DNA of 61,976 nt, counting the filler. It is 8 parts of 8 records of this genome, joined end to end, with 100 filler letters (N's around TTAATTAATTAA, not from the genome) between each part and the next. Parts side by side here need not be neighbours in the genome. Positions count along the whole stretch, not along the records: positions 42,908 to 61,976 come from SRR15195285_3092; 7 more parts are not named here. The stretch is one strand, 5' to 3'. The notes under the pieces are model-generated. The model was not told the origin of the DNA. It made no database searches and saw only the letters and a list, made by a program, of their open reading frames with translations. Positions 45,002-60,000 of the stretch are shown in pieces. Numbering within the stretch: position 1 is the first letter of the stretch; each line of letters starts with the position of its first letter. Both the position numbers and the translations under genes were made by a program.

Positions 45002-48000
45002 TCATATTCCTAGCTTCTTCCCGTGTCGTTCGGCTGGCCCAGCGCTACTGCTGTCTTCGCTCATCGGTCCACTCAATATGGTGCCCCCTTCAATCTTGCT
45101 CCGCGTCTCGCGAAGTCGCTGGATATCTGCCGCCTCGTCGTCATCTAATGTTGCGCTCAAAAATTGATCGTCCTCCTCTATACTAGTCTCCTCGCGCTCT
45201 TCACGATGTTCCGTAACCCTGGCAGACGCGAGCCGAGCTGCATTGCTACGTCGGCAGTCCTCGATGAGCGGCGCGAACACCATAGTCGAAAGCAATATCA
45301 TTGGAGGTATCTGAATGACCAACAAGAAGTGTCCTGCAATATCAAGAAGCTCGGGTACGTGTGGATGCGAGCAGTGCTGCAACCACTTTAGCACACAGCA
45401 CGTGACATAGGCGGCACAGACCGTGGCCGTGCAGACAACCAGTGCAACATTCGCAAGCGGCCCACCATGCGATCCAGGTGGGTTGAGCCTACGCTTGATC
45501 TTCAGCACATGGTGCCAAGCCCGGCGCTTGCGGATGATCGCTTCATCCAACGCGTTCCGCATGTAAGATTCTTTAACAAACGTGTCTAAGTGACCTTGTG
45601 TAAAGTCGCAAACTTCGTCGATATCCTTGCGGTAGCGCTTGAAACACACTGCCAGGAAATTGAGCGTGATCCCGACCCCGTGCTGCACCGGGAATACTTC
45701 TGCTTGGTTCATGAAAGCTCGGTTGATCTCCTCGACAACGTAGAGTTTATCCTGCACTTCTTTAATCGCCCACTTCAATCCGACTTCTTGCCCAGGCGTG
45801 GGGGCGTTGAGTATGTCCTGGTCGCGGTTCCATACGCGCTGCGGTACCCATGCACGCGCCAACCCACCTTTATCCTCCTTGTTACGATCATAATCGTTCC
45901 TGTCGAACTGACGCAGGCCAGCGGCAGGGACAATGTGGGGCCGAAGGATCCTACCAGCGATTCGCCTCTGCTTCCAAGTCAATTCGTCTAGGTAAGCCGT
46001 TGCCTCCTCACTGACCATGTGCACCTTCAGCGCACTCCTCTTCTCGTCAACCACAGCCTGCGCGATCTTAAAGTCTTCGTTCGCGGCGTCGAACAGCCGG
46101 GCTGCGTCTGGTGAGCCGACGCTCCCTGAGTCCAATGGCCGTGTCCATGCAGAAATCGCCAAGAGCGCAGCGCTGATGGCCGCGCCCACGACTGGTTGGA
46201 CCATGCGTCCACGCTCCCACATCAGCAGCCCACCTGCGAGTAGACCCCTTGCAAGCACACTGTATACCTCCGACATGTAGAATGATGGCTTATAGTGCGC
46301 ACAGAATGGCTGAGACCATGGATGCTTCTCCCCGTTTTTCAACAGCTTCCGTGCAGACAAAAGCTTCAGCAAAACCAACGACGGCAGCAGCCCGCACCAA
46401 GCACCCAAGACCCCATAGCCAATCCAGGAGTGAAGAGAGTATGTGGCGTCCAGAGGACCGAGGCCAGAGTCGCCAACTACTCGTGCAGTGGTGCAAGCGA
46501 CGCTCACATCAACGACCAGGTGGCTGGAACCGTCGTCCATATTGCGGCAGTCGTAGAGCTGCAACCATGTGCGAATGATAGAAGGGTGAGCCAAGCTGAC
46601 GATATTGAAAGTCCAGCCCACCACCAACTCAGTGAGATCGTGCGAGCGCATCAACTGTGCTGCGTGCTCCTGCATTAGCCTGCCCTTCCCCCGTTTTTTC
46701 GCAAGGGCTATGTACATGTGTGACAGTAGCTTTGTACGAATCGCCCAAAGCACCCATGCCGGAACAACCAGCACAGCAACAGAGACGCTTCGCGCGTACA
46801 GGACTTGGTAATAACCTAATCCACAGCCAAACTTTGCAATTGATGCGATGTCCAGATTCACCAACGGCGCGAAAAACTCAACCACAACCCAGGCACGCTG
46901 CGGCAGTGGTAAGCCCAGCACAATTGAAAGTGAAGACAGTATCTGATACGTCCACGCCAACAACATTGAAGCCACATATAGCCGTGGCCAGAGCAGTTTG
47001 ATTGGCTGTACCAGCATCACAGCAACCCCGCGCAGTGTAATGGTAGAGCAGAGCCCGTGCACGAGGCGTGTTTGTTTCGGAGCTGCCGAAGTATCATCTG
47101 GCACAATGGCAGCTGGATCGAAGTCGGGTTTGGTACAACATCGTGTCCGCCGCAGATCATGGCCAGTTGCTGCAGCTCCACAGCAACTCGAGAACAACAT
47201 TATAATCGTTCCAGTCGCGCCCACACAAATGTACAACAGCGACCAATCAGTTGCGTCGTGACATCTCACGTTATCGCAAAACCTTCGGCCGGCATCACCG
47301 CCCACGCACTGCGCAAGGCACAGGGGCCCAGAAAAGCCCAACGCACAACGATCTCCGTAAAGATTAGTTGCGAAAAACTGCGACGTCGACTCGTTCAATG
47401 GCCCCGGCTGTACAGCGTGATTTGCATGGACGTGCGCATGGACGGGAGCCCAGGCTGCGCCGTGTTGCAGTCGTGCCAAGCCTGTTGGCTCGGTTTGGTA
47501 GTGTACCGGAGTACAGTCAACACTGTCGCAGCCCGTGAGCACCTCGCCGAGGCACAACTCTGGCACCGGACATCGGTATACATGCCGTGGTCCATGCAAG
47601 GGTTCGTCTGGTAGAAGCATCAACGTACCATTTGAACTCGCTGCCGTCCCTCCAACCGTATGATAACCTTCGCGCACCCTTGGAATTCCACCGTCGCATT
47701 CGACACAGCTCGGACAAGCAACACACTTTTTACCGTCAGCGACGTCCTTCAGGGAAGGCAGATTCGATGGTTCTAACCACGGCTGCTCAGTATATTCACT
47801 ACCATCCCAACAGAATATATGTGATTTATCGTCTCCGTATATGTCTGCGTCGTACGTGCCATCGGGACAGCGGCAGTCGTCCGCTGAAACAGGAGCTGCT
47901 AAAATCATGCCGTCCAAAGTTTGCGTCACAGTCTCCTCCGCACATCTATGGCATTGGTCACCTGCACTGTAATGGTTTACTGTACATAAGATGCAGGCAG

Positions 48001-51000
48001 TGGCGGCAAGCCTGGCATTTGGCTCCCAACCAGATGGGCATGTTTTGCATGCAAGTCCAACGTCACTGTACGTCCCAGCCGGGCATTCCAAACACGCCGT
48101 GCGAGCTGGATTTGGCCCCGTGCCTGCTTGACAAGGTACACACGGCGTTCCGTCAAACGATACATGCCGCGGGCTGACGTTGATGCATGAGTCACAGTGA
48201 GCCATTGTCGTTGTGTTGACCTGCGAGCCTCCGCCGCACAATTCGTCACATTCAACAGGCTGCGGGACAGCGGCAATTTCTGAGTTAAAAGAACAGCGTC
48301 CCGCCTCCAGACAAGCATCCTCAAGAGACTGGTGTGCAGAGGCGATCGTCGACCGGGTATATGCATGCGGTTTGTGCCTGCCGTTGGCATCAGCACAAGA
48401 TTGTTTATCTGCTGCCTCGCATGTCCGCATTCCGTCGCGATTTAAAAAAACGCAAGCGCCGTTTCCGCCCGCAGCAGACTCGCAGGCGTGGCGTGACGCA
48501 ACCCAAAGCCTGCAGGTGCCGGCTGCTTCACACGCCTCGGCAGCCGTTGTAAGATTACCAGAGCCTAAGTCAGTCGCTGAGCACACGTTGCGGTCTGAAG
48601 CCAGGCACTCTGCTTGCTTGTGTGGCACGAATGGTTGATACGTGCAGACACCCTCAGTGTCATCGAAAGGTACCCTTCGAATTTCACATCGAGTATCATC
48701 AGACGGAGAATTTAGCCGTCTGTCTCCCAGATCAATTCCGGCACACGTTGCACTGGCTTGAGCAACGCAGGCTTCAGCATAGGTGCCAGCGATATAGATG
48801 CACGTTGCAACAGTCGAGTCTACGTCGTCACAAAAACCTGGCGTAACACCTAAGTCAGGTGACGTTGTCAAAACACAGTTAATGATATCTTCAAATGTAG
48901 AAGTGTGATCACTGATCATGGTAGACGTGCAGCTATCTGTTGTCGCAGCTGTGTAGACACAACTGAGCGCGCCACCGACAGGTCCTTGTCCGGCAGCATG
49001 GCAGTCGGCTTCCGCCGAAGCTGTTCCCAGTACTACGGCAGCGCAGCTCTGCTGCACGGTTGCCTCGCAAGTTTCGAGTACCTCGTCGACATACGGCAAA
49101 TATTCGCATTGTGTCAGTCTAGTCGACATGCAACTGTCTTCAGCATGAATAGTGTCCAATGCTCCGCTTGCGGAAAAGGTGCCGGGCACATATGTGCATG
49201 TAGTTACACCCGCGTCCATGCTAGCACATGAACCCTGCGTGAGGCCAAAATCAGAACTTGGTGTCAAGACACAGTTGATGGTGTCCAAGGCTGTTGTCGT
49301 CGGCACTGACGTTGACGTACAACTGTCTACAGTGACAACCGTGTCTAGTGCGCCGTCTACATCAGCGTCGACGTATGAGCCGCTAATGTACGAACACGTG
49401 TATTGGCTTGAGTCGATGTCTTGACAAGAGCCGGGAGTAAGTCCGAAGTCTGTAGACGGGGAAAGAACACACCAAGATGTATCCGCGTTTCGTGTCACGG
49501 ACACCGACAATGATGTGCAACTATCCTCGACGTCAACGATATCGAGTACACCACTAGCAGAAAAGCTACCAGCCACGTACGCACAAGTTGCCACATTTGG
49601 ATTAGTCTCCACGCATGATCCTGGGGTCACACCGAAGTCAGTCGTTGGTGTCAAGTAACAATTGATAGTGTCACCCAGTGTAACACTCCCTGCCGCACCG
49701 GCAGCAGCACAAGCTAGACTGGGATCAGTACCACTGAGATCCGTTGCATTACACATCTCTGCGTGGCTTGGAACGCATGCTACCGGCTGCTGTCGATCGT
49801 GCAGGTATGCGACAGGACTCTGCCAGACATCGTCTCCAGTGACATCGACATTTGCACAGGCAGTCGTAGCGCTTGCAGTGCAGGCAACCGTGCGATTGCG
49901 ATAGCGCCCAAGGCTGCTGAAATGTCGTGGGCCGTCGACTGCGCAGCTAACGCAGTGGCGTGCAGCAGAGCCACGGTTCGGGCGTGTCCCAGCCTCGCAA
50001 AGTGTGCAGTTCTCGCCATCCGAGTTATAATATCCCATATCGGATCGGCATGCATCGCACCCACTGGAGTCAGCGTTGACGGTGTGCCCTGGCTCGCACG
50101 TGTAGCAGCGTATGTGATCATCAGTATACTCGTGAGCAGGGCACCTTGTGCAGTAACTATTTTCTTCACTCCATCGACCAGCGGGGCATACCTCGCACGT
50201 CCGGCTGCCGTCAAGGCCACGCCGGTACTCAGTTGTAGCTGGGCAAGGCTCGCACGTATTCGTTCGCAAGTCACGAACAAGACGTCCAGGGCACGCATAT
50301 CGAAGACTATGCAGTCCTTGTAGAGGGTCAAATGTTGACTGATTTGCTGATATGCTGCTCGTTACGTTGCCGCTCAGCAGTGGCGAGTTCGGATCAGCCA
50401 GTTGGGCATCTAGATCGGCGAAGACCGAGCGCGAATCCGTTCTGATGATAAAGAAAAACTCTACCGCTACATCGTCGTCCTGCATCCTGCGCCTGGTCTC
50501 GCCCAGCACGTTCGTAATTTCTACCTGAGAAGCGTTGATGCCCAAGGAATGGACCAGGTCCTGGACAAGGCCTCGCTCGAGAAGCTCACGTGCAGGACCT
50601 ACGAGCTTACGCGATTCAGTCTGCCGCACCGAACCATCGCCAAATTCTAGGGATACGCCTGTGCCGATAAAGTCAATCAAAGTTGAACGGCCATCATCAA
50701 AGGCCACTGTGACACTCGTAGTGTCAGAGCGGTCTACTGCGACAATGGTCACCAAGGTACGAGCGTCGCCGTCGTGATAATAGACAGACGCACCGACTGA
50801 GACATCTACGGCCAGGACTTCGGCACTAGCTCGCATTTCCAAACCAACCTCTGGCGACATTACTGTCTCGTCTTCCTTCACTGGCGGTTCCAGGCAGGTG
50901 GTGTTGCCAGTCAAAACTGAGTAATGCATCGAGAAATGCGGGCCTGAGTACCCAATAGGGCACGGCCCACATTCACGACCAGGGCTGACGTTCTTGCAGA

Positions 51001-54000
51001 CTGTTGATATGTCGCAGCCGCCATTGGTGTCCAGACACTCATTCAGGTCAACGCAAGTGGCATGGTGGTCGTTGGGATTCATCCACACTGGTTCAGATCC
51101 AGCAGAACAGACACACCAGTCCCGATCAGGTATCGACTCTGAGTTCTCCCAACATTCGACACACGAGAAACCAAACTCGCTATAGCGGCCGGCTACGCAC
51201 AGGTCGCATTCGGTCTGCTCAACATTTGGACTGCGTCCGGCTGCGCATGGGGTGCACTCAATCCCATTGCTAGAAACAGTGCCCTCTGGGCACTGGTCGC
51301 ACGCGGCATGATCGGCCGAGTTACGAGTTCCACCTGGGCACGGGGCACACTGTCCAAGAACCCCTGCCCAGCCAGGCTCGCACAGACTACAACCTGACAG
51401 CGAATCTGTTGTGTGTCGTAATGGTTGCACTGGCACAGTGCCGTCAAGACACGGAATGCAGGAGACCCCAGGGAAGCTAGGAATGTGTAGACCAGTAGCA
51501 AAGCATGGTAAACACGCCTCTTTACCAGGTTCGCCATTGTATTTGCCGATCTCGCACGCATCACAAGCGGTTTTCAGGTTGTTCGGGACGCGTCCAGCTG
51601 GACACTCTGTACACACTCCAAACGTACCTGCGGTTCCTTTAGGGCACCGCACGCACGCCGCGTGTTCGGGGTCTGGAGAGGTTCCATGCGGACAAATAAG
51701 ACAGGCACGCCCATCCAAGCTGTATAATGCCTCACCAGGAATGACTAGGTCTGTGATATCCTGAGCCAACCTTGCATCGATGAGTTGCACCGCCGCAGCA
51801 CGGTACAACTCTGCTCCGATGACAGCTCCGGGTAGCTTTTCAATCTCGTTTGCTACCGAATTTAGTGTAGTGATAGCGCCATCAAATGCTGAAGTAGCGT
51901 TTGTAACTTGGCTAACTACTTGCCACTCACTTTGCGCGTTTGAGTAGACAACGTCGTCAAGTGTGCTGCAGGCCAAGCAAGATGTCGCATCAGCGGATGG
52001 CTGATGCCCAGGTGGACAAGGACCGCAGGAAACTCCAACGCCGGAGTATTGACCAGATTCGCACGCCAAACACGCTGTGTGATCGGCATTTGGTTGCGTA
52101 CCCGCAACGCACGACTGACACGGTGTGCCGTCAGGACTGAATAAGTTGTCGATTGCAGGTGAAATTGTTCCAAGGTATGCACATGCAAGGCATTCACTCC
52201 TGCCCGGATTCGGCTGCTTGCCCGGGACGCACTCTGTGCAGGGAGACCCATCGGAAGAGTATAGACTCGTCCCTTGCAGAGCGCACGGTGCGCATCCGGA
52301 ATTGTCACTGACTTCATCGCCAGCGCACGGAGATACAATTGGGATACACACTTGCTGGGGAGCCGTCTCAAGATCCTTGCACGTCTTCGTACCAGGCACA
52401 TACGAGCATGCGGCCTCGTGCAGGTGATCTGGTTGAGATCCCGGCTCACATATAGCACAGCTGATCCCATCGGGCCCGTACGAGCGGTCGCTCTGCCCAG
52501 AACAGTGCAGGCACCGGATTGCACCGAAGGGGAATTCAGGGAACTGGCCGAGGCTGCAGCTTAAACACGCAACTCCATCGGGTGAGTACTGTGCAACGCA
52601 CTGTTCACACCTATCCAGGTTTGAACTGGGCTGTGTGCCAGGGGGACAGGCTAGGCACCGGCGACCAACGCCGTCGCCACTGCTGACTCCATCGACAATC
52701 CGTCCATCCCCACTAACTTTTCCAGGGCCACAGCTTTCGCAGGTAGTCTGCTCGGCATTTGGTTGCATACCCATCGGGCAGCTGGAGCACAGCTCGCCAT
52801 CACCGCCTGCATACCATCCCGGATTGCAGCGAACACACCCTGTAGCCCCAACCCCGCCAGTGAAGACCACGCCGTCTACATTCATGTTCCACGGGGGCAT
52901 GGGTTGCTGATGGTGAGATTCAGGCATGCAGCTCATCTGATTTGGTTCGTGAGCTGCACTGCAAAGCTTGCACTCTGTACCATCATCGCTGAACCTGCCT
53001 AGGGGGCACAGCACGCATTCGGCGTGATTGCTATCTCTGACCTGCAACAGCACGTCGTTCACCGGAGTCTGCGCGCCTGGAGCCCGGCCTGGAGGGCATC
53101 GAACGCAAACCCCACGGATCCCAACGAAACCATCTGCATCAACTAAGGTGGACGTGCAACTATCCGGAACAAGTTCCGTGTCAGGGATGACAGACAAATA
53201 CACGCCCGGCACATAGTCGCATGTTGCGATCGAGCTGTCCACGTCTGAGCATGATCCAGGTGTTGTTGCATCAAAATCAGAGTCGCCAGATTCCAGGTCA
53301 CAGTTGTATCCCCACGTTGGGTCCGGTCGTGAGCGCTCGACTGTAGTCGAAGTGCAACTGTCTTCCGTGATCTCAATGTCTGCAACGCCGTCACTTGAGC
53401 AGTAGGTACCAGGCACGTACGTGCACGTAGCTACACTCGAATCAACATCACTACATGAGCCTGGTGTTACACCAAAGTCTTCTGTTGGGGTAAGGGCACA
53501 GTTTGAGGCATCACCGAATGCTGCAGTGCCGTCAGCCACCAGCGTGGAAGTGCAGCTGTCTGCCAATAGCACTGTATCGTGAACTCCACTACTTGAACAG
53601 TAGGCACCAGCAACGTAGGCGCACGTTTTGACAGCAGAGTTCACGTCGGTGCACGAGCCCGGAGTGACGCCGAAGTCGGCAGTTGGGTTCAGGTTGCAAG
53701 CAACAGTGTCTACAGACACGACCGTTGGGACCGGAGTCCACCAGCACCTGTCTCGGATTTCGACGGTATCCGGGTGGTTCGAGACGAATGTTCCAGGGAC
53801 ATAGCTGCAAGTTGCAGTCAGACTGTTGCTGATACAGGTGCCAGCAGTAACGCCAAAATCGGGGGTACGAACCAACGAGCAAAGCAAATCATCACGAAGT
53901 GTGGTGAAGAGTCCTGCAGGGTGACTACTCGCCAAATTTGTCCACTCGCCACAGTCCAGACACTCAGTGTGGCCTGAATTTGCGAAGAGTCCAGGTTCGC

Positions 54001-57000
54001 ATTGGATGCAGACACCGTCCACTCCGATTTCGCCTGTTTCGCATGATATGCAAGGGTCTGGCAGCGTGCGATCATCGTTGAGTCGGAAACCTGGACCGCA
54101 TAAATTGCACGTATCCGTTGCCTCCACATAATATGTGTCCTGTGGGCATGGAAGGCACGCTACCTGTTCATCGTTGGGTTGCAAGTATCGTCTCACAAGC
54201 GGATCGGCATCGCAGTACGTGCAGGGCGTGCCATCGGGTGAAATCGTGTTCGCCGGGCACCTCTCGCACGTGCTCTGTACAGAATTTGGCGCATAACCAG
54301 CCTGACAAGCCACACACTCGCCACCGAGGGCAGACACGTGCGCAGCGCTGACCTCCGAGCACGCTCGGCATCCTGTACGGTCGGCTAACGGCTCTTCGCC
54401 AGCGTCACAAGTCACGCAGACCTCGCCTAATGGACTATGCATATCGCCTGCCGGCCGAGCACTGTCGCTGTTTCGAGTAATCCTTCCACAGAATTCACAG
54501 CCTTCCCTACCAAGGTTTGGCTCTGATCCGGCTGGGCACGCAGTGCATTCCATTCCCTTTGGACTGACGAGCCCAGGACCGCGCTCAGCACACGCAGTGC
54601 AGCCAACATTATCGATTCCATTCCAGTGGTTGGGCTCGTGCCCAGCTGGGCACTCTAGGCACGTCACTCCGTCCGGACCGTACAGCGAGTCTCCGAGATC
54701 TTTGCATCCAATGCACACAGTACCAAGAAATGGAGTGTCAGGTCGCGAGCCAAGGGCGCATGATACACATTCACGGCCGTCAGCAGACACTTGATCTAGA
54801 CACTGCATGCATCCATTGCGCTCAGGAGTAGGCTGCTCGCCAGGTGCGCAGACCTTGCATTCCCGACCGTCCGGAGAGTACTTACCGAAGCCGCACTCCA
54901 CGCAGCTAGACCGACCCAAATTGGGCTCAGTCCCGGGGCGGCACAGGATGCAGTCTGCGCCCGTCGGCCCGTAGGTTTGAATTGGGCATGAGGCGCATGC
55001 TGACCTATCATCCAGGGGCCGCTGACCAGGTCCACACGCAAAGCAGGCTCCCGCGCGACCAGCGTGCCCTGCCGGACATGGGACACACGATGTCTTCCGC
55101 TCGTTCGGTTCCCATCCATCCGGGCACACGGCGCACTCGCCATCGATACCTGCCGACCCAGCTGAGCACTCGACACACAGCCCGCCGGAGGATTCGGTCC
55201 CTGACAAGCAGCCTTTGCACCCAGTCAAAGCTAGGTTCGGTGTGCTCCCGCTAGGGCACTCTGTGCAGACACCATTAAGTCCAGCCGTGCCTGGAAAACA
55301 CGGTTGGCACTCAGTGCTATGCGAATTGGGAGCTTGGCCGTCGCCACAGACGGTACATGTACCCCCTGTGCCAGCAAAAGCTGGTGGGCAGGGCAAGCAC
55401 GCAGACTGATCTTCGTTTGGGCGAGTGCCTGGGCCACACACCTTACACAACAACCCAGTGCTTGCATGCGTCGAAGGGCACGGCATGCACTCATCCAGCT
55501 GATGGCTAGGTTCAGTGCCAGTGGCGCATGGTTCGCAGATGCCGCTGGCGCCGGCGAATCCAGGTGCGCAGGGAACGCACGTCGTTCGCGCTGAACTTGA
55601 AGTTTTCCCACTCTCACACAACGTGCATATGCCGTTGAGCCCAGCACGGTCGGGGCTACATGCTTGGCACGCCGTGCGATCCGATGTCGGCTGCTTGCCA
55701 TCCATGCAGCGGTAGCATTCCTCATTCAGACCGAAATGTCCATCTGGGCATGCTTCACAGCCGAGTAGGTCATCGGTGGGATGGTAGCCGTCAGCACAGA
55801 CACATCCGGACCGAAAATCATTCAAGTGACTGTATAGGCCGCAGGATGCATCACCGATGGTGACCTCCCGAGATTCTACCAACTCGCCCCATGAATAACT
55901 GAGCACTGGTGTCTCCCCGACGATAGCTTTGGCAGCATTCGACGCATCGGTAGTTGCTATTTCTGCGATGAGAAACATGACTGCGTTCCCTGCTTGCCAC
56001 CCTGGTCTGTCCACTACCTCTTTGAGCAGGGCTGACAAGTCAGGGGTCCTGACTGTCAGCCATGGATAGACATCTGAGCAGGGAGGGGGCTCTAGGATAG
56101 GCACGCAACCGCAGCCTTCAAGCTGCATACCAACTGCTGAGCACGGGTCCATGGCACGTGAGCGCAGGCTCCAGATGACACTTTCTGTACCTACGCTTCG
56201 TCCAGAGAGCTCACCTGTAGTTCCAAGCGGTTTGGCAGAATGATCGGCGGCTTCAGCGTGAATCCTCAGGTCCACACCCTCAATGCTATCGAAAACTGTA
56301 TCAGTCATCTTGAAAGTCATGTAGACGTCATGCACTAACGCACCCGGCAAAGCTGTGATGCCTGGCGTTCGAATGCCCAGTAGTTGTCGCTTTTTCCCAG
56401 GCACCGTGCATCGATAGTTTGCGCGAGGAACTACAACTGGTATATACATCTTCTGAACTCCAAATGCTTGGTTGCCTCCCAGACATACTCTGCCAGCCAT
56501 CCGCTCTGCTGCGAAGATGTTCCACACGTCGCCGAATATCTCATCGTCTACAAGAGATCGAGCGGTGATGCCGTCTACCTGTTGGAATCCATCTGTGAGC
56601 CATGGCGGCGGAACAGAAGCTCGCGCATCGTACAGCACGTAGACCGTAGCGTCACGGTCGATGTCGAAACACAGCCAGTCTGCAACATTTGCATCCACAC
56701 CTACATCCGAAAATATGGTGCGCACAAGCTGTCCGCCAGGCAAGAAGTCCGGTAGGTCCGTAAAACTCCAATCCGCGCCACCACCATCGTAAAACAACCC
56801 GACAGCAAGGACTGACGTTCCATATGTCAGCGGGTGCCCTACATTTGTACATGCCTCAGCTTGTCCATTGCCAAATGGTGTGTACACACAGGCACCGGCG
56901 CTTGTGCAGGTTCGGGCCGAACCATCCAATGTGACAAGGGAGCACACATCAGCAACGGCAACATTTGATATTCTGGGCGCATCCCCAACGATTTGTGGCA

Positions 57001-60000
57001 CAATATAATTTGGAAAGTCGAGATCGATTGAATGTAGGTTGACGTGGTTGGTTCCCTCCCCACAGTCATCCAGTATCTCTTCTGCAGCATTCCCGAGAGC
57101 TAATGGGATGTGGTACGTTCCGCCTGTCCCTTTAGAGTCCACGCGCATTGAGAACACGCCGGCCTTCTTGAGATCGGCTCGTATGAGATATTGTTGGCTG
57201 CTTGCGTCATAATACGATGACGCAGAGTACGGTTCTAATGATTGCCCCACCTCTGTCAGCCGGAGCACAAACTCCAAACCAGCTATGGTGATCGGATTCG
57301 GTGTCCCCCCACGCCCGTGCATATCTACTGGGAACACTTGCACTACAAGTTGTTGGCCTGCGATAGCGCTGGGCACATGAGCACAAGCCCCAGCTGCAGT
57401 GCACGTGCTGGCGACTCCGTCCAAAATGACTCCGTTGCATACACCGTCGTCTGCTGCTTTGCAGGATTCTGGCATGTCGGTAGACGAATCTGCCGAGACG
57501 TACACGCACGGTGTTCCCGTGGATGTTAGTACCTCAGTACACGTTGTCGGGTTGCCGTCCAGTGCAACGTCGCAATCAGAGGCATCAGCTGCGACGCAAG
57601 CCTCAGAAAATATTCCGGTTGCAGTGATGATCTCTGCGGTGGTCGCGTCGGCGTCCAACGCTCCGGTCTCGACCGTCATGGTGACATCAAGGATGCCGAT
57701 ACTTTGCGCTGTGTCAAGCACCTTACGACCAGAATTGGAGCAAACTTCATCCTCAATCAAGCATGCCACTACATCATTCGCTGCCTCGCATGACTCAACG
57801 ACAGGAGTCACGGGAGCGGTGAAATCGCATTTCCCTGCCGCATCGCAGGTTGCAGCTGACTGCAATGAGGCAGCTGCACACGCCAGAAGATCTGTCGCTG
57901 TACAAGCCTCAGCAATGGGTTCGGTCTGAGGAACATAGGCGCAGGCTCCGACCGAAACGCATGAATATGCCGACCCGTCGAGTGTCACGTCGCTGCAAGT
58001 TTCATGGTCTGCTGCCTTGCAAGATTCAGGGTCGGCCCCTGCAGGTGTATGTACACATGCGGTCCCTGACGTCGTGGTCGCCCCTGTGCAGGTGCTAGGA
58101 TTGCCATCCACAACTACATCGCAGTCATCAGCATCGATTGCTACGCAAGCTTCGGCTACCGCGATTACCGCTTCAGTGTATGTACATAGACCAGCGTTTG
58201 TGCATGTTTCTGAAGTTCCATCTAGAGTAACCGAGGAGCACGTATCAGTGTCTACAGCAGCGCACGAATCGTCGACGCCATTGTCGACATCAGCTGCTGT
58301 ATACGCGCATGAGCTAGGCACGGGACCACGATAAACACATTCTCCAGCAGATGTGCACGTCGATGAAGTCGATTGTGCAACGTCGACGGCGCTACAGATG
58401 GTTTCGTCCAAAGCAACACAGTTTTCAGCTATCGAATCAAGTGGATCCGCAGCAGTGTACATACATGCGTTGCCGGAGGGCCCGACGTCTCCACACGTGC
58501 ATGAAGCCTCCGTGCCGTCCAAAACTTTTGCCCGACATACGTCCACGTCTAGCGCAGTGCATGAACTTCCGTCGTACGAGCAGTAACCTGCGGACCGGCA
58601 TTTGTCTTCTGGAGTGCGGAAGTCAACCGCGCCACACGTAGCCACATCGTCTGCATGTGTATCGTCGATAGCGAGACAAGCTTCTGTTACCAGGTCAACG
58701 GTTCCCGCGTCACTACATTTTTGTTCGATACTTCGCATGTCAGCTGTCGCGCAAGACTCTAGGTCTGCAGCTTTGCAGTCCTCAGCGACTGGAGTCACTG
58801 GTGCTGTCCATGCACATGCGCCTGCACCGGTGCAGGTTGCCTCCGTTTGGTCCAGCACCACATTTTCGCAATTGTCTGTGGCCATGGCGTAGCACAATGG
58901 CGCTACTGGCGTTACTGGGACCGTGTAAGAACAATCACCAGAATTGAGACACAAAAACTCCGGCGTACTCATTGCAGCAGTTTCACAAATGGCACTCTCT
59001 GAAGCAACACACGATTCTCGAATTTCATCGCCCGAATCCGGAACGCTGTCAGGATCAGAAGCCGGACTGTGTGTACAGACACCGACTGCCACGCAGCGAG
59101 CGGCGCCAGCATCAGTGCCGTCCAGGTCCACAGCTGCGCATATTGTGGCCGCACTTGCCGGCACGTAGGTGCATGCTTTAACATCGATGTCCCCGGTGTA
59201 CGTAGTCTCCAGAGCCTCGCATGCCGCGGAAGATTCTAGATCTGAACCAGTGATACTGGCACACAAAACTGCATCTCTTGGGTCGGACACTACGGCAGTC
59301 TCCGTACATGTCGCTACCGACAAACGGGCCGTGCACGTGAAACTGGCAGAATCGAACGCGCAGTTTCTGACCTCATCCCCCGTATCTGCGACGCCATCTG
59401 GATCGTCTGTAATCACAGCCAAGCAGGTTGCTTCGGCAGTGTGAAGGTCCGCGCTGGTGCACAGGGTTTCGTCCGTCGCAGAGCACCTTTGATCTTCCTC
59501 TGCAAGATATGTGCATGCCCCAGCTTCACTGCACACCGACGCTCCGCCGTCTGCTATTTCTGATGCTGAAACGGCCAGGCAAGCAGCCTCGTCAGCAGCA
59601 GCGCAAGCCTCAGGTACTTCGGCACTAGCAGCAGCATACGTGCATGCCCTGACGTCATCGGCATCGTCAGTACTTGTGGTTCGCAAGGACTCGCACGCCG
59701 TTGCAGTATCAAGGTCTACTCCCGCAACACCGGCACAAAGTGCCGCGTCATCGGCTACAGAATTTGCTGCCGTTTCGGTACACGTAGCTGGAACCGCACC
59801 GCTGGCCACAAACGGTGTATAAATGCAAGCTACTCCAGATGGAGTACCCACGCCGTTGCATGTTGATGCTTCGCCATCCAAAACAACTGCATCGCACACG
59901 CTAGCATCAGTGGGAATGCAGGGGTCTGATGCAGCAGCGACGAACGTGCACGCCCCTAATCCTACGCAGGCGTCCGAGGCGGGCAGCACATCAGCAGATG

